Below, piece by piece: positions 50,712-61,663 of a DNA stretch of 64,000 bases. The DNA is taken from positions 160,001-224,000 of the forward strand of contig CAVYYZ010000001.1 of assembly GCA_963772835.1 (NCBI GenBank). The letters run 5' to 3'. Source of the stretch: an uncultured delta proteobacterium. GTDB lineage: Bacteria; Desulfobacterota; Desulfuromonadia; Geobacterales; Pseudopelobacteraceae. Positions within the stretch are counted from its first letter, which is position 1, and the number at the start of each line of letters is the position of its first letter. Made by a program: the position numbers and the translations under genes. The notes under the pieces were generated by a model. The model made no database searches. It saw only the letters and a program-made list of their open reading frames with translations, and had not been told where the DNA came from.

Positions 50712-51497
50712 ATGCTGAAAGAACTCTGTATTGCCGTAGCGGTCACCATTATCCTCGTTTCATCCTCCTTTGCCATGGCAAAAGAGGGCTGCGGCGGCGA
50801 TTGTACCTCATGTCACACCCTTACCCCCCAGGAGGCCACCGGACTCCTGAAAAAAATCGGCGGAACCGTCACATCCGTGCGGCAGGCTCCCGCCAGGGGT
50901 CTGTTCGAACTGCTGGTCGAAAGGGAGGGGCAGAAGGGAATCATCTATATGGACTACGGCAAGAAATACCTGATTCAGGGTGTTGTTGTCGATCTGGAGA
51001 AGCTTGAACAGGTTTTCGCCCACAAAAATGAGCTCCCCCCCCCAAAACAGATAAAGCCAATTGATGTTAAAACAATTCCTGTGGCACATGCCGTGGTAAT
51101 GGGCAATCCGAAGGGTTCGAAGAAGCTGTACGTCTTTACCGACCCCGACTGCCCCTACTGTCAAAAAGGGCACGTAGAACTGAAAAAACTGGCAAAAATC
51201 GCGCCGGATGTGGCCATATACATCATGCTCTTTCCGTTGCCGATGCATCCGGGAGCATACGACAAAGCGCGTACGATAGTTGAAACCGGGAGCCACGAAC
51301 TTCTGGACAGGGCTTTCGGAGGCGGAGAAATCCCCAAACCGAAAAAAGAGAGCAGCAAAAAAGCCATCGATGAAATTGTAAAATTCGGCCATGACAACGG
51401 CATATCCGGGACACCGACCATGGTCATGCCGGACGGTACGATTCAGGTCGGCATGCACGATGCGGAAACGTTGAAGAAAATGCTGGAAGGAAAATAG
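50712..51497 (+). CDS. DsbC-family thiol:disulfide interchange protein with an N-terminal CxxCH
   Basis: Signal peptide, a DsbC N-terminal domain, FTDPDCPYC and GTP. CGGDCTSCH follows the signal peptide. Confidence 0.88.
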   Translation: MLKELCIAVAVTIILVSSSFAMAKEGCGGDCTSCHTLTPQEATGLLKKIGGTVTSVRQAPARGLFELLVEREGQKGIIYMDYGKKYLIQGVVVDLEKLEQVFAHKNELPPPKQIKPIDVKTIPVAHAVVMGNPKGSKKLYVFTDPDCPYCQKGHVELKKLAKIAPDVAIYIMLFPLPMHPGAYDKARTIVETGSHELLDRAFGGGEIPKPKKESSKKAIDEIVKFGHDNGISGTPTMVMPDGTIQVGMHDAETLKKMLEGK

Positions 51498-51530
51498 CCC
51501 TCATCCGGCGCATATCGAATCATGATTTCG

Positions 51531-51568
51531 GCCCCTTGCTATGAAAAGTTTGCATAGCAAGGGGCTTT
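51531..51568 (+). terminator. Probable intrinsic terminator
   Basis: Stem GCCCCTTGCTATG / CATAGCAAGGGGC followed by TTT. Confidence 0.6.
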
Positions 51569-51749
51569 GTCTGTCGTAATTTGTATGTATAAATTGCGTA
51601 GTTATTCTTCTGTTCTTTAAATAGGTAGTTATATCAGTACAATGTAAATATTTTTCCTGTGGTACTGAATTTGCATATTTTAGCCCGACGTACATTGTTA
51701 TGTGATACCGGCCGTTTTCAGACGGCTATAAAGAATAAGGGGAAACCGC

Positions 51750-52289
51750 ATGAGCGAAGCTTCAGAAAAAGAGAAGGAATTTTCCGATATCGATCTGTGC
51801 TACAAGGCGATGGGGCTTTCGTTCAGCGACAACCCGGAGCAGGTTGAGAGGACCTACAAAAAGCTGAAGGACGAGTACGGCAGGGGGATGCGATCGACTG
51901 ACCCGGTTGAACGGTCTACTGCGACGGAAAATCTGAAACAGCTTGAAGAGCTGTTTACCACAATAACCGGATCTCTTATTTACAAGGATTACGCCAAGGA
52001 ATATGAAAAATATCTGGCGATACATGCCGAGAAAATAGCAGAGCGCAAGCTGAAACAGCAGCAGCAGGCGGCCGTCAAGGAAACGCTCGTTTCGTGCCCG
52101 TACTGCAAAAAACCGATTGCGGCAAAACTGAAGGTCTGCATCTATTGCCACGGCAAGATATTAACGCCGTTGGAGCAGCTGATGGCGGATCTCTTTTCGA
52201 CACGGAACCTGGTGATTGCAACGATTGTTGTTGTACTGATTATCGCCGGGGTGGTGTTTATGACGAATCCGGAACTATTGAAGCGATAG
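51750..52289 (+). CDS. Hypothetical protein: J-domain-like N-terminus, zinc ribbon, C-terminal TM
   Basis: CYKAMGL....PEQVERTYKKL with no HPD, CPYC-x10-CIYC, and a terminal hydrophobic helix. Confidence 0.7.
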   Translation: MSEASEKEKEFSDIDLCYKAMGLSFSDNPEQVERTYKKLKDEYGRGMRSTDPVERSTATENLKQLEELFTTITGSLIYKDYAKEYEKYLAIHAEKIAERKLKQQQQAAVKETLVSCPYCKKPIAAKLKVCIYCHGKILTPLEQLMADLFSTRNLVIATIVVVLIIAGVVFMTNPELLKR

Positions 52290-52385
52290 TTCTCTGGATT
52301 GTTGATATATATGTACGCGGAGATGCTGCACATAAAAAGACGGTGCTTCAATTATCAGGTACCATTTTCACATGAGGAGTCGGCA

Positions 52386-55300
52386 ATGGAAACGACACGA
52401 ACTAAAATTCGGAATGTAGCCAGATCAGCTTTAAAAACGGTGTTCATGCTTATGGTGATTATGCAGATAACGGCATTATCGGCACACGCCCTTTCCATCA
52501 AGATAAAGCTCGGAAATAACGGTTCCATTGCTAACGGTGCAACATCGCTGGTGAACAATCAAAGTCTGACTGTTGCTAGCAACACAAATGTTGTTTTTAC
52601 CATCACTCCTGACCCCGGATACGTTGTTAAAGAGATTAAAATCAAGAACAACAGCCACAGCAGCAGTGATGTAACCAAACAGCCAACCGACAGTCAGCTG
52701 TCGTCATGGCTTACCTGGACTTCCGGTATGGCGGCGGTGACGGTCAATTCCGGGACTGACAATTTTGAGTTTGAAGTCTCATTCGAGCAGGCACCACAGA
52801 TTAAGGTGAACGTGAAATGGGGGACAAACAGCTCCAATTTTGATAATAAGGCCGGAGGTTATGTTAACCCTCCCGGTTCCGGCAATAGTGGCAAAGACAG
52901 GGATTTCAGTGAGCAATCCTCACCAATTTTTACAATCTATCCTGCCGCAAATTATGTGGTCGGAACAGTGTATATAAGGCCCAATAACGGCAGTTGGTCA
53001 ACGGTGGCCGTCACTAACAATACGTTCACCTTCAATGTCGGAACGACTGATTGGGACGTCAAGGTGCAGTTTGTAGCGGCTGCAACAAAAAATGTCGACG
53101 TATACTGGGGCAGCAATGCAGTCGGCGTCGCCATGAATGGTCTCGGAGGGTATGTAAACCCGCCCGGTTCCAACGCCAATAATGGCGATTCTGTTGCCGT
53201 TGTGCAGAATACGACCGGGGTCTTTACCATAGTCCCCGGCAACAGTTACTCTATTACCGCTGTCAAGCTCTGTGACAGCAACGGCAATAATTGCACCGCT
53301 CTGACGGTATCCTCATCCAATCAGGTCTCCGTCCCCGTCGGGACTTCCAATGTGCGATTATATGCATATTTCACGGGGGCGGCTCTTAACAACGTCATGG
53401 TCAAGTGGGGCACCAACGGCGGCATGGATAACGGAGCCGGTGGATACGTTGACCCGCCAGGAGATACGCTTTCCGGATCATATGTTTCCGCGCCGCAGTA
53501 CCTGGACCAGACATTCCGCATCTATTTCAATACTAACTATACGATTCAACAGGTGTTGCGCAGCAGGAACGGCAACAATTTCCAGGACAAGACATCCAAT
53601 CTGGTCTGCGTATTGGGAAATAACTATTGCGATTATACGTTTGGCATCGGAAATGACACATTCGAAATAAAGGTGCTGTATCGTCAACAGGTAACAACAG
53701 GAGTGACGGTCCAGTGGGGAACTGACTCACTCGCAACCAACGGTGTCGGCGGGTATGTCGATCCACCTTCCAGCCATGTTTCAGGAACACAGGTGAACGT
53801 GGCGGCCAATACCAAAAACTACGACTTCAGAATATACCCGGCGACCAACAACCACATTCTTTCGGTAACTCTGGTAAACCTGCTCAACGACACCCGCTCG
53901 GACCAGACCCCCAACATCGTGCCGAATACTCCCACAAACCCGACGTACTACACATTTACGCTGCGCGATTCCCAGGACCACGGATGGTCGTTGCAGGTTG
54001 TATTCGAGCCTGACAGTAACAGTTATATTCTTACAACAGCGGTCATTGATCCCCCCGTCTGCGTTCCGGTTGCACCGGCAACCAACTGTTTTAACGGTAC
54101 GCTGGATCCACCCGCTTCGAGTACCGGCGGCACGACCTCTGTCGCTAAAAATACCTACAAAACGGTGACGTTTACCCCTGATTCCGGCTATGTTGTCGGC
54201 GACGTCCTGCTCTGGACCGGTTCAACTTCAACCAGTGTCGGCGCCGTAACGTCATATTCTGTCCTGATGGATTCGGCCCACACTGTCGAGGTGTACTATC
54301 TGCCGAGAGGCTATGACATAACGGCCACAGCAGGGATAGGCGGCAGCGTTTCTCCGGGTCTTGGTGAAAATACCACCGAGACTAAAAACTACGCCAAAAA
54401 CTCGGATCAGATATTTACGGTAACTCCGAAGCCTGGGTACCGCATACTCGACGTAACGATTACTGAAAATGGCGTCACCGCTTCCAAGGGAGCCATTACG
54501 TCCTATACCTTCAAAAATCTGCTGGCAAACGGCGTCATAAGTGCGACGTTCGCTGCGGCAACGGCTTCAACCTGCACCTACTGCCAGACGCCGGCATTTA
54601 TTGCTTCCGGCACAACCCTGCTGCCGAACGTACTCATTATTTTCGACAATTCGGGCAGTATGGGTAACAGCGCCTACGCCAGCGCCACACATGACTGGAG
54701 CAAAAATTATTACGGCTACTTTGATTCAACCAAGGTCTACAAACTGGCCAGCGGCATTTACTCGGTGGATACCACCAAGGCGCCGCCAACGGCGGCGGAC
54801 AAAAACACCATGTCCGGAAACTACCTCAACTGGAAGTACATGGACCGGGTTGATGTCATCCGCAGGGTGTCTGATTGGCGGCAAGGTGGAAGATACCGCC
54901 GGTTCGCTGACAAACAGGAAATCCACTACCGCCACGAAATATCTTATCGGCAACAACGGTATCAAAATTGACGCGGGAACTACCGAGCCGACCGGTATTC
55001 TTCAGGCGCTGTACAACAGGGTACGTTTTGGTATCATGACCTTCGGCAGTTATGGCAACACCGGAAAGCTCAATACCAGCACCGGCGGCCATATTGTCGC
55101 AGGCATGGACTCAACCCTGGATGATCTGGTTATCACGGTGCAGGAGAAAACAGACCCGGGCGGCATCACGCCGCTCGCCGAATCCCTTTACGAGGCGGTA
55201 CGCTTCTTTAAGGGTACAACCAGTGCATACAACTACAATGTGGACTACTCAACGATGGATCCGGTGCAGTGGTCATGTCAGAAGCACTTTATACTGATGG

Positions 55301-58300
55301 TTACGGACGGTCTCCCCAACGAGTCCGCCATCCTGCCGGGAAGGTCCAACGCCACAACCCCGGTAAAGCTTGATTCCCACTTCAACGCCGAAACATGGTA
55401 CAGCCTTATACCTGACCCCGGTACCGGTGAGGGCAACCAGAAATCGTACATCTCCGCAGTGGCCTACTATGCCCATAATACGGACTTGAGGAGTGGAGCA
55501 AGCGGTACCATGGGTACGGAGAAGGACGGAAAGCAGAATCTTACGCTGTACGGCATCTACTCCTTCGGGGCAGCCGGCGGCAGCCAGGCGCTCAAATCGG
55601 CCGCCAAGTACGGCGGGTACGAAGACAAAAATTCCAGCGGTGCGCCTGATGGCTCCTGTATCGGGGCTCCAGCGCCGGAATGGTGCCAGGCCGGAAACGG
55701 CACACCGGACAACTATTTTGAGGCTGTTGATGGCGACACACTTGTCAATTCGATCATGACCGCCATGACCAGCATTCTCGCCAAGGTCTCTTCAGGTACG
55801 GCCGCCTCGATTCTCAGCAACAGCGAGGGAAGCGGCGCCAACCTGCTGCAGGCGGTGTTTTATCCCAACAAGATATTTGCGGACGGCACCCAGGTCGACT
55901 GGATCGGCGAGATGCAGAACCTCTGGTATTATGTCGATCCATTTATCGATGCCAGTACGGTGCGTGAAGATACCGACTTCACCGCTTCGACCGCCGCCGG
56001 CGTTAAGCAGAACCATATACTTGAGCTTAAAAAAGATTATGCCGCACGCTTCTATTTTGACAAAACCGAAACACTCGTCGAACTCAAGCAGGATACTGAC
56101 GGAAACGGTACCGGCGATGTAACGATCCAGTCCAAGGAGAACCCGGACAACGTCAAGAGCCTCTGGCGCGCCGGGAAAAACCTCTGGGCAAAGTCGGCCG
56201 CATCGAGGACGGTTCATACCAGTATCGACGGGATATCGCTGTTATCAGCATCCGCTGCAGGCGGGGGGTTCTATGAAACATCCACAACCGACTCAAGGGT
56301 GACGGCACTGCGGCCGTACCTTCAGGCCGCAAATGCCACGGAGGCAGTCAAGATAATAGATTTCGTACGAGGTACAGATCAGCCCGGATATCGTAACCGC
56401 GACGTGGCGTATGTTGACACACCTGCCACGACTCCGCCTACTTATACGCACAATATCTGGAAACTCGGCGATATTATCTCTTCAACTCCGAGAATTCAGT
56501 CTTCCATCAAGCTGAACAGCTACAACCTGGAGTACCCGGTCGGCTACAGCGACAAGAGCTATGGTGCGTTCATATCAAAGGATGCCTATAAGAACCGCGG
56601 CATGGTGTATGTCGGTGCAAATGACGGTATGCTTCACGCGTTCAAGCTCGGCAAGTTGACCGTAAGCGGCAAGTCGGATGTACCCGGTGCAACATCGGGA
56701 ACATATCTGGATATTACCGGGGATGTAAAATCGACCCTGACCGGTACGAACCTCGGACAGGAGCAGTGGGCCTACATACCGCGCAATGCTCTGCCGTACC
56801 TGAAATATCTGTCAGACAAGGATAACTACAAACATCTGTATTACGTTGACGGCAGCACGACCCTGGTTGACGTATCCATAGAAAAACCGTACGGCTGCAA
56901 TTCCAGCTACTGGGACTGCACCAAAGACACGACAGACGGCACCAACTGGAAAACCGTGCTGATCGGGAGCATGGGGCTGGGAGGTGCAACGCGCATAAAA
57001 GGCGATACTTGCAGTGAAGGCATCAAGACAGGAGTGTGCGTCAAGACACCGATATACGACCCTGCCGATGCTACCAATAAAACCGGTCTCGGCTATTCAT
57101 CCTATTTCGCACTTGATATCACCAATCAGAACTTCGATGCCACCAGCGGCGCCCTGGCGGGGCAGCCGTCGCTCAAGTGGGAATTTTCGCACCCGGATTT
57201 AGGGTACTCCACGTCAGGGGCGGCGGTCGTGAGGATTAACGCCCAGAAGCAGATCCTGAACAGCGGTGGGAGCGTTATCGGCTACACGAGCGACTTCAGT
57301 AAGAACGGCAGATGGTATGCGGTGTTTGCGTCAGGTCCGACCGGGCCGATCGACGGAAATGAACGCCAGTTCTACGGCAAATCGGACCAGACGTTGAAAA
57401 TCTTCGTAGTGGATATCAATGCCACTCCGCCATTTGTGAAGGATTCGAACTACTGGATCATAGATACGCTGATACCCAACGCATTCGGCGGTGCAATCAC
57501 AAGCGCTGCAATTGATACGGACAGGTGGGACAGGAACAGCGGCGGCAACTATCAGGACGACGCCCTGTACATCGGCTACACAAAGGCTCATATTGCGGGC
57601 GGTACACTTGATCCGGCCACGGATACCTGGACAGATGGCGGCGTGATCCGGATTTTAACCAGCGATTTCAAGGATACAACTTCAAGTCTGAAAGATATGA
57701 CTCCCGCTTCCTGGACGTGGAGCAAGGTTATCGAGGGGAGCAACGCCAACAATGTCGGCGCGATTACCAGCGGCATCGCCAAGCTGCAGGACCGAAAAAA
57801 CAAGAAACTGTGGCTTTTCTTCGGCAGCGGCAGATTCTTCTCCGGCGCTGACGACAAGAGCAGCCAACGCAGGATCTACGGCGTTCAGGACGGCTGTTAT
57901 TCCACAACCAACGGGCTGGACAAGGACTGCACCTCTGCAAGCACCGCTGTTTTGACGCTTGCGGATCTGAACAACCAGAGTACCGGTGCTGTTGATCCCA
58001 CAATTACGGAAAAAGGGTGGTATATCAACCTGGCTGCAGAGGATACATCAACACAGATGGGTGCCGAACGGGCCATTACCGAACCGGTGGCCATGACCAA
58101 CGGGGCTGTCTACTTCACTACCTTCAAGCCGACGGCAAATGTGTGCAATTTCGGCGGCGATTCGTTCCTCTGGGGTGTGAACTACGGAACGGGGGGAGAG
58201 CTTCCTGCAGCAGCCAGGACGGGAAAAATCCTGGTTCAGGTCTCTACCGGTGCTTTCGAGGAGATCTCGATCAAAGAGGCTCTTACGGCTGAAGGGAACA

Positions 58301-58410
58301 GACGGCTTGGAACGCCGATGACAGGCAAACCGCCTTCAGATCCGCCGCCGGTCATCAGCAACGCAAACAACAAGCCGCCCAAGAAAATTCTGCATCTTCA
58401 GGAAAAGTGA
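52386..58410 (+). pseudogene. pilY1: PilY1 type IV pilus adhesin split by a +1 frameshift near 54870 (pseudogene or sequence error)
   Basis: Signal peptide, beta-sandwich repeats and the vWA MIDAS motif DNSGS lie in the first frame. TPLAESL, VTDG, SSGTAAS, DTDGNGTGD and YVGANDGMLHAF lie in the next frame. Removing one base near 54870 gives ...DVIRRVLIGGK... and a 2007-aa ORF. Confidence 0.85.
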
Positions 58411-58411
58411 T

Positions 58412-58915
58412 ATGAGGAAAAGCGCCGGATTTTCATTGGTTGAACTGATAATCACGATCGCCATTATGGCGATCGTGATGAGCATATCCACCATGTCATT
58501 CAACTCATGGGTCAAAAAGAGTCATATTGAAAAACAGATACGGGAGCTTTTCACCGATCTTTCAGAAGCACGGTCGCGGGCGTTTCACGAAAAGAAACGC
58601 TTCAGGGTGACATTTCAGCCAAGCGGCTATGTAATAAAAAATTACAGCTCTGAAGCCGAGCCGGCTACAGCCGGAAAAACGATTTCCGATAAATCTCTCA
58701 AATTCGGGCTGACTTCAAAAAACGCCTCGGGCAGTGACCTGGCGGTAGACATCACTGACAAGTTTGTCGAGTTTGACACCAGAGGGTGGGCCCAGAACAA
58801 TTTCACGGTCATCGTGAATCCACTGACAGTGGATTCAGCTTTGAACTGCCTGGTGATCTACGACACCAGGGTTAATATGGGGAAAATTAATGGAACTGCG
58901 TGTCGATTTAAATAA
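58412..58915 (+). CDS. fimU: Minor pilin, FimT/FimU family
   Basis: Prepilin cleavage site G/FSLVELII and the ARSRA motif, in the first minor-pilin position. Confidence 0.8.
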   Translation: MRKSAGFSLVELIITIAIMAIVMSISTMSFNSWVKKSHIEKQIRELFTDLSEARSRAFHEKKRFRVTFQPSGYVIKNYSSEAEPATAGKTISDKSLKFGLTSKNASGSDLAVDITDKFVEFDTRGWAQNNFTVIVNPLTVDSALNCLVIYDTRVNMGKINGTACRFK

Positions 58916-59282
58916 GCAGAGCGGGTTTACGCTGATTGAGTTCTGTGTCGCAACTCTTATCATGATGGTAGGGATTCTCGGCCTCCTGCAGGCGGTCAAT
59001 ATGGCTACGTCGCAGAATCTGTCGACTGTCGTTCGAAAAGAGGCAACAATGATCGCTGACGAGCAGATGGTTGCGACAAAGTACGGAAATTATACGAGTG
59101 TCAAGAGCGGGAGTCTGTCGGTGGCACCAAGGAAAATCCGTGGCGGCTACAGCAACTATTCCGTGTTTCGTACCGTGACAGCTGCCGGTCCAAGTTCCAA
59201 GGAAGTGACCATCTCGGTGAGATATAGATTGAAGAACAAAATTCAAAGTCATGCGATTTCAACTCTTGTGGTGCAGCCATGA
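58890..59282 (+). CDS. pilV: Minor pilin PilV
   Basis: G/FTLIEF prepilin motif; short gene in the expected order. Confidence 0.8.
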   Translation: MELRVDLNKQSGFTLIEFCVATLIMMVGILGLLQAVNMATSQNLSTVVRKEATMIADEQMVATKYGNYTSVKSGSLSVAPRKIRGGYSNYSVFRTVTAAGPSSKEVTISVRYRLKNKIQSHAISTLVVQP

Positions 59283-60532
59283 AAAAATGCAGAACCATAC
59301 ATACGGTGTCTAACCGCCTGGGTTTTACCCTAATCGAGATGATGGTCACCATGGCGCTGGTCATGGGCGTATTAATGATTACCACAGGCGCTTTTGAATC
59401 GATTCTCAAAACAACAGCCAAGGTTACGTCGAGTGAAGAGAGTAATATCGAAGGGGTGATCGGCCTTGAAATGTTCCGCCACGACATTCAGCAGACAGGA
59501 TTCGGTGTGCCGGGTGCTTTTCTTTCGCCTGCACCGGTGTATACCGAGGCAGGCTTTGCGCCTGCAAACAAACTCAACGATGCCCCGAGCGGAATTCCGC
59601 GACCGATCGCTTCGTGGGATGCTCTTGTCGGGGCTACGGACACCGTTAGTTCAGTGACCTATTCCGTACTGGATAACAGTGATTATCTTGCCATCAAGGC
59701 GTCTACCGTTGGTACCAATAAGCATGCACAGAAATGGACCTACCTGAATTACTCTGCCGGCGGAAAAGCGGCAAAAAGATGGCCGAGTGCCGCGGATAAT
59801 CTGACTGATGGTGTAAGTAGTGTCCTTGTGATCAACCGCTCTTTCAGTTCATCAGGCCAGGTACTCAATACACTTATATACGATGTTGCCACTCCCGATA
59901 CATTCTGGACTACGTTTCCAGCCAACCTTTTCACAACCAGCTTCAGTCCTACTGACCCCTCACAGACATATTATGTGTACGGCATAGGTGAAGCACCTTC
60001 GTCCGGTTTAAGGATGCCTTTCAATCGTGTTGATTATTTCGTGGCGAGGCCGTCTGATGCGTCGCAGGTGCCGTCAACCTGTGCGAGCAACACCGGCATA
60101 CTGTACAAGGCGACTGTCAATCATAGTGACGGCAAACTAAACTATATGCCTCTTCTGGATTGCGTCGCCGACATGCAGCTGGTTTTCGGGTGGGATACCC
60201 AGTCAAATGGAATCATCACAGAGTCATCGGCGTATAACAGCGATGTTACGAAGATATCGGTTTCAGGCATAGCAACCACGGCGGAAATTAAAGCAATTAT
60301 GGAGGATGCCAACGAAATCCGCAGTAAACTGAAGTATATCAAGGTGTTTGTCATGGCCCAGGAAGGGAGAAAAGACACCGGGTACAGTAACAGTTCTAAA
60401 ATTGTGGTTGGAGAGGTTGAATCAATCACGAACGGCTATGATCTGACCGCTCTCGGTACGAAAGGGTGGTTAAATTATCGCTGGAAAATATATCGTATGT
60501 TTATTAAACCAAAGAATTTATCCCAGAGCTGA
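59279..60532 (+). CDS. pilW: Minor pilin PilW
   Basis: G/FTLIEMMV and the DIQQTGF motif, with a large globular domain. Confidence 0.82.
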   Translation: MKKCRTIHTVSNRLGFTLIEMMVTMALVMGVLMITTGAFESILKTTAKVTSSEESNIEGVIGLEMFRHDIQQTGFGVPGAFLSPAPVYTEAGFAPANKLNDAPSGIPRPIASWDALVGATDTVSSVTYSVLDNSDYLAIKASTVGTNKHAQKWTYLNYSAGGKAAKRWPSAADNLTDGVSSVLVINRSFSSSGQVLNTLIYDVATPDTFWTTFPANLFTTSFSPTDPSQTYYVYGIGEAPSSGLRMPFNRVDYFVARPSDASQVPSTCASNTGILYKATVNHSDGKLNYMPLLDCVADMQLVFGWDTQSNGIITESSAYNSDVTKISVSGIATTAEIKAIMEDANEIRSKLKYIKVFVMAQEGRKDTGYSNSSKIVVGEVESITNGYDLTALGTKGWLNYRWKIYRMFIKPKNLSQS

Positions 60533-60549
60533 ATTAACGAGATACTTAC

Positions 60550-61215
60550 ATGAAAATCATGCACAATAACAAAGGTATGGCGCTCGTTACCGCCTTGATG
60601 CTGACATTGATCTCGCTGACGATCGTCATGTATCTGCTTTACATGGTAACAGCAGGCGTGAAACAGTCGGGTGCGGGAAAACGCTATAAAACGGCTCTCG
60701 AAGCTTCATATGGCGGAGTTGACATAATGACAAAAGAGCTTGTGCCGGCCATGTTTTCAATTCTTTCCAACCCTGCTAACTCCGGCACCCTCGATACACT
60801 ATTTAAGGCTAATTTTCCGATGTTAAATGGACTACAAACATCAGGAAATGTTTGTCTCCAGGAGAAATTAACAAAGCCGCCGGAACAATGGAGCGTTTCC
60901 TGCAGTAAGACCATGGATCCCAAAGCGGGATTTGATGTTTCCATCAACCTCAATTCGTCGGTATCTGATCCGTACATCGTCTACAGTAAAATTGTTGATT
61001 CCGCCTGTTCTGACAAACGGCCGTATCCTGATGGTAAATGCACCGGCAGCGATCTCTCCGGGATTGATTATCTTGACGCCGGCACCAGTGTCTCCGGCTC
61101 CAGTTCCGGGGTTACGACAAAGCCGATGCCGGCAATATACAGAATAGAAGTGCGTGCAGAACGTGCGTCCAATCCTCAGGAAAAATCCAATCTGTCGCTG
61201 TTGTACGCATATTGA
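60550..61215 (+). CDS. pilX: Minor pilin PilX
   Basis: KG/MALVTAL lacks Glu5, which is typical of PilX. Confidence 0.82.
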   Translation: MKIMHNNKGMALVTALMLTLISLTIVMYLLYMVTAGVKQSGAGKRYKTALEASYGGVDIMTKELVPAMFSILSNPANSGTLDTLFKANFPMLNGLQTSGNVCLQEKLTKPPEQWSVSCSKTMDPKAGFDVSINLNSSVSDPYIVYSKIVDSACSDKRPYPDGKCTGSDLSGIDYLDAGTSVSGSSSGVTTKPMPAIYRIEVRAERASNPQEKSNLSLLYAY

Positions 61216-61433
61216 CCGGTTTTCACTACAGCACTCCCGTCCTGTCAGGCGGCGGTATTGTCGGTATCAAAAAAAATCTGATCACCATCCCTTTTTAAAA
61301 ACACGTGGTATACTGTCGGTACGACCGAAATACACCTGAAGTTTTTTTTCATCTTATGCATAGTTATGCAGAATTAGCTTGACATGTAGCTGAATTGTAG
61401 TAAATGTCTCATAAACTATTGATAGTTTATGGG

Positions 61434-61652
61434 ATGTCACAACCTATGAAAATGAAAAATAACGTGAAAGTGATTCGAGAATCCAGATTGCTGAGCAAGT
61501 CAGAACTTGCCCGCAAGGCTGGTGTTTCCGTCTTGACGGTTGGCAGGATTGAGCGGGGCGAAGAGTGCCGGATGGAGACCATGCGGAAGATTATTCTGGC
61601 GCTCGGATACAGTCTTGAGGACAAAAGTAAAGTATTTCAGGATCAGGGATAA
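61434..61652 (+). CDS. XRE-family HTH transcriptional regulator
   Basis: VKVIRE...SKSELARKAGVSVLTVGRIERG. The start codon is uncertain (61404, 61434, 61446 or 61452). Confidence 0.88.
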   Translation: MSQPMKMKNNVKVIRESRLLSKSELARKAGVSVLTVGRIERGEECRMETMRKIILALGYSLEDKSKVFQDQG

Positions 61653-61663
61653 CGGGACCGCAT

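Noticed and set aside
54855..54885. Programmed frameshift or slipped-strand phase variation in pilY1
   Set aside because: No slippery heptamer, homopolymer or multi-unit repeat at the site.
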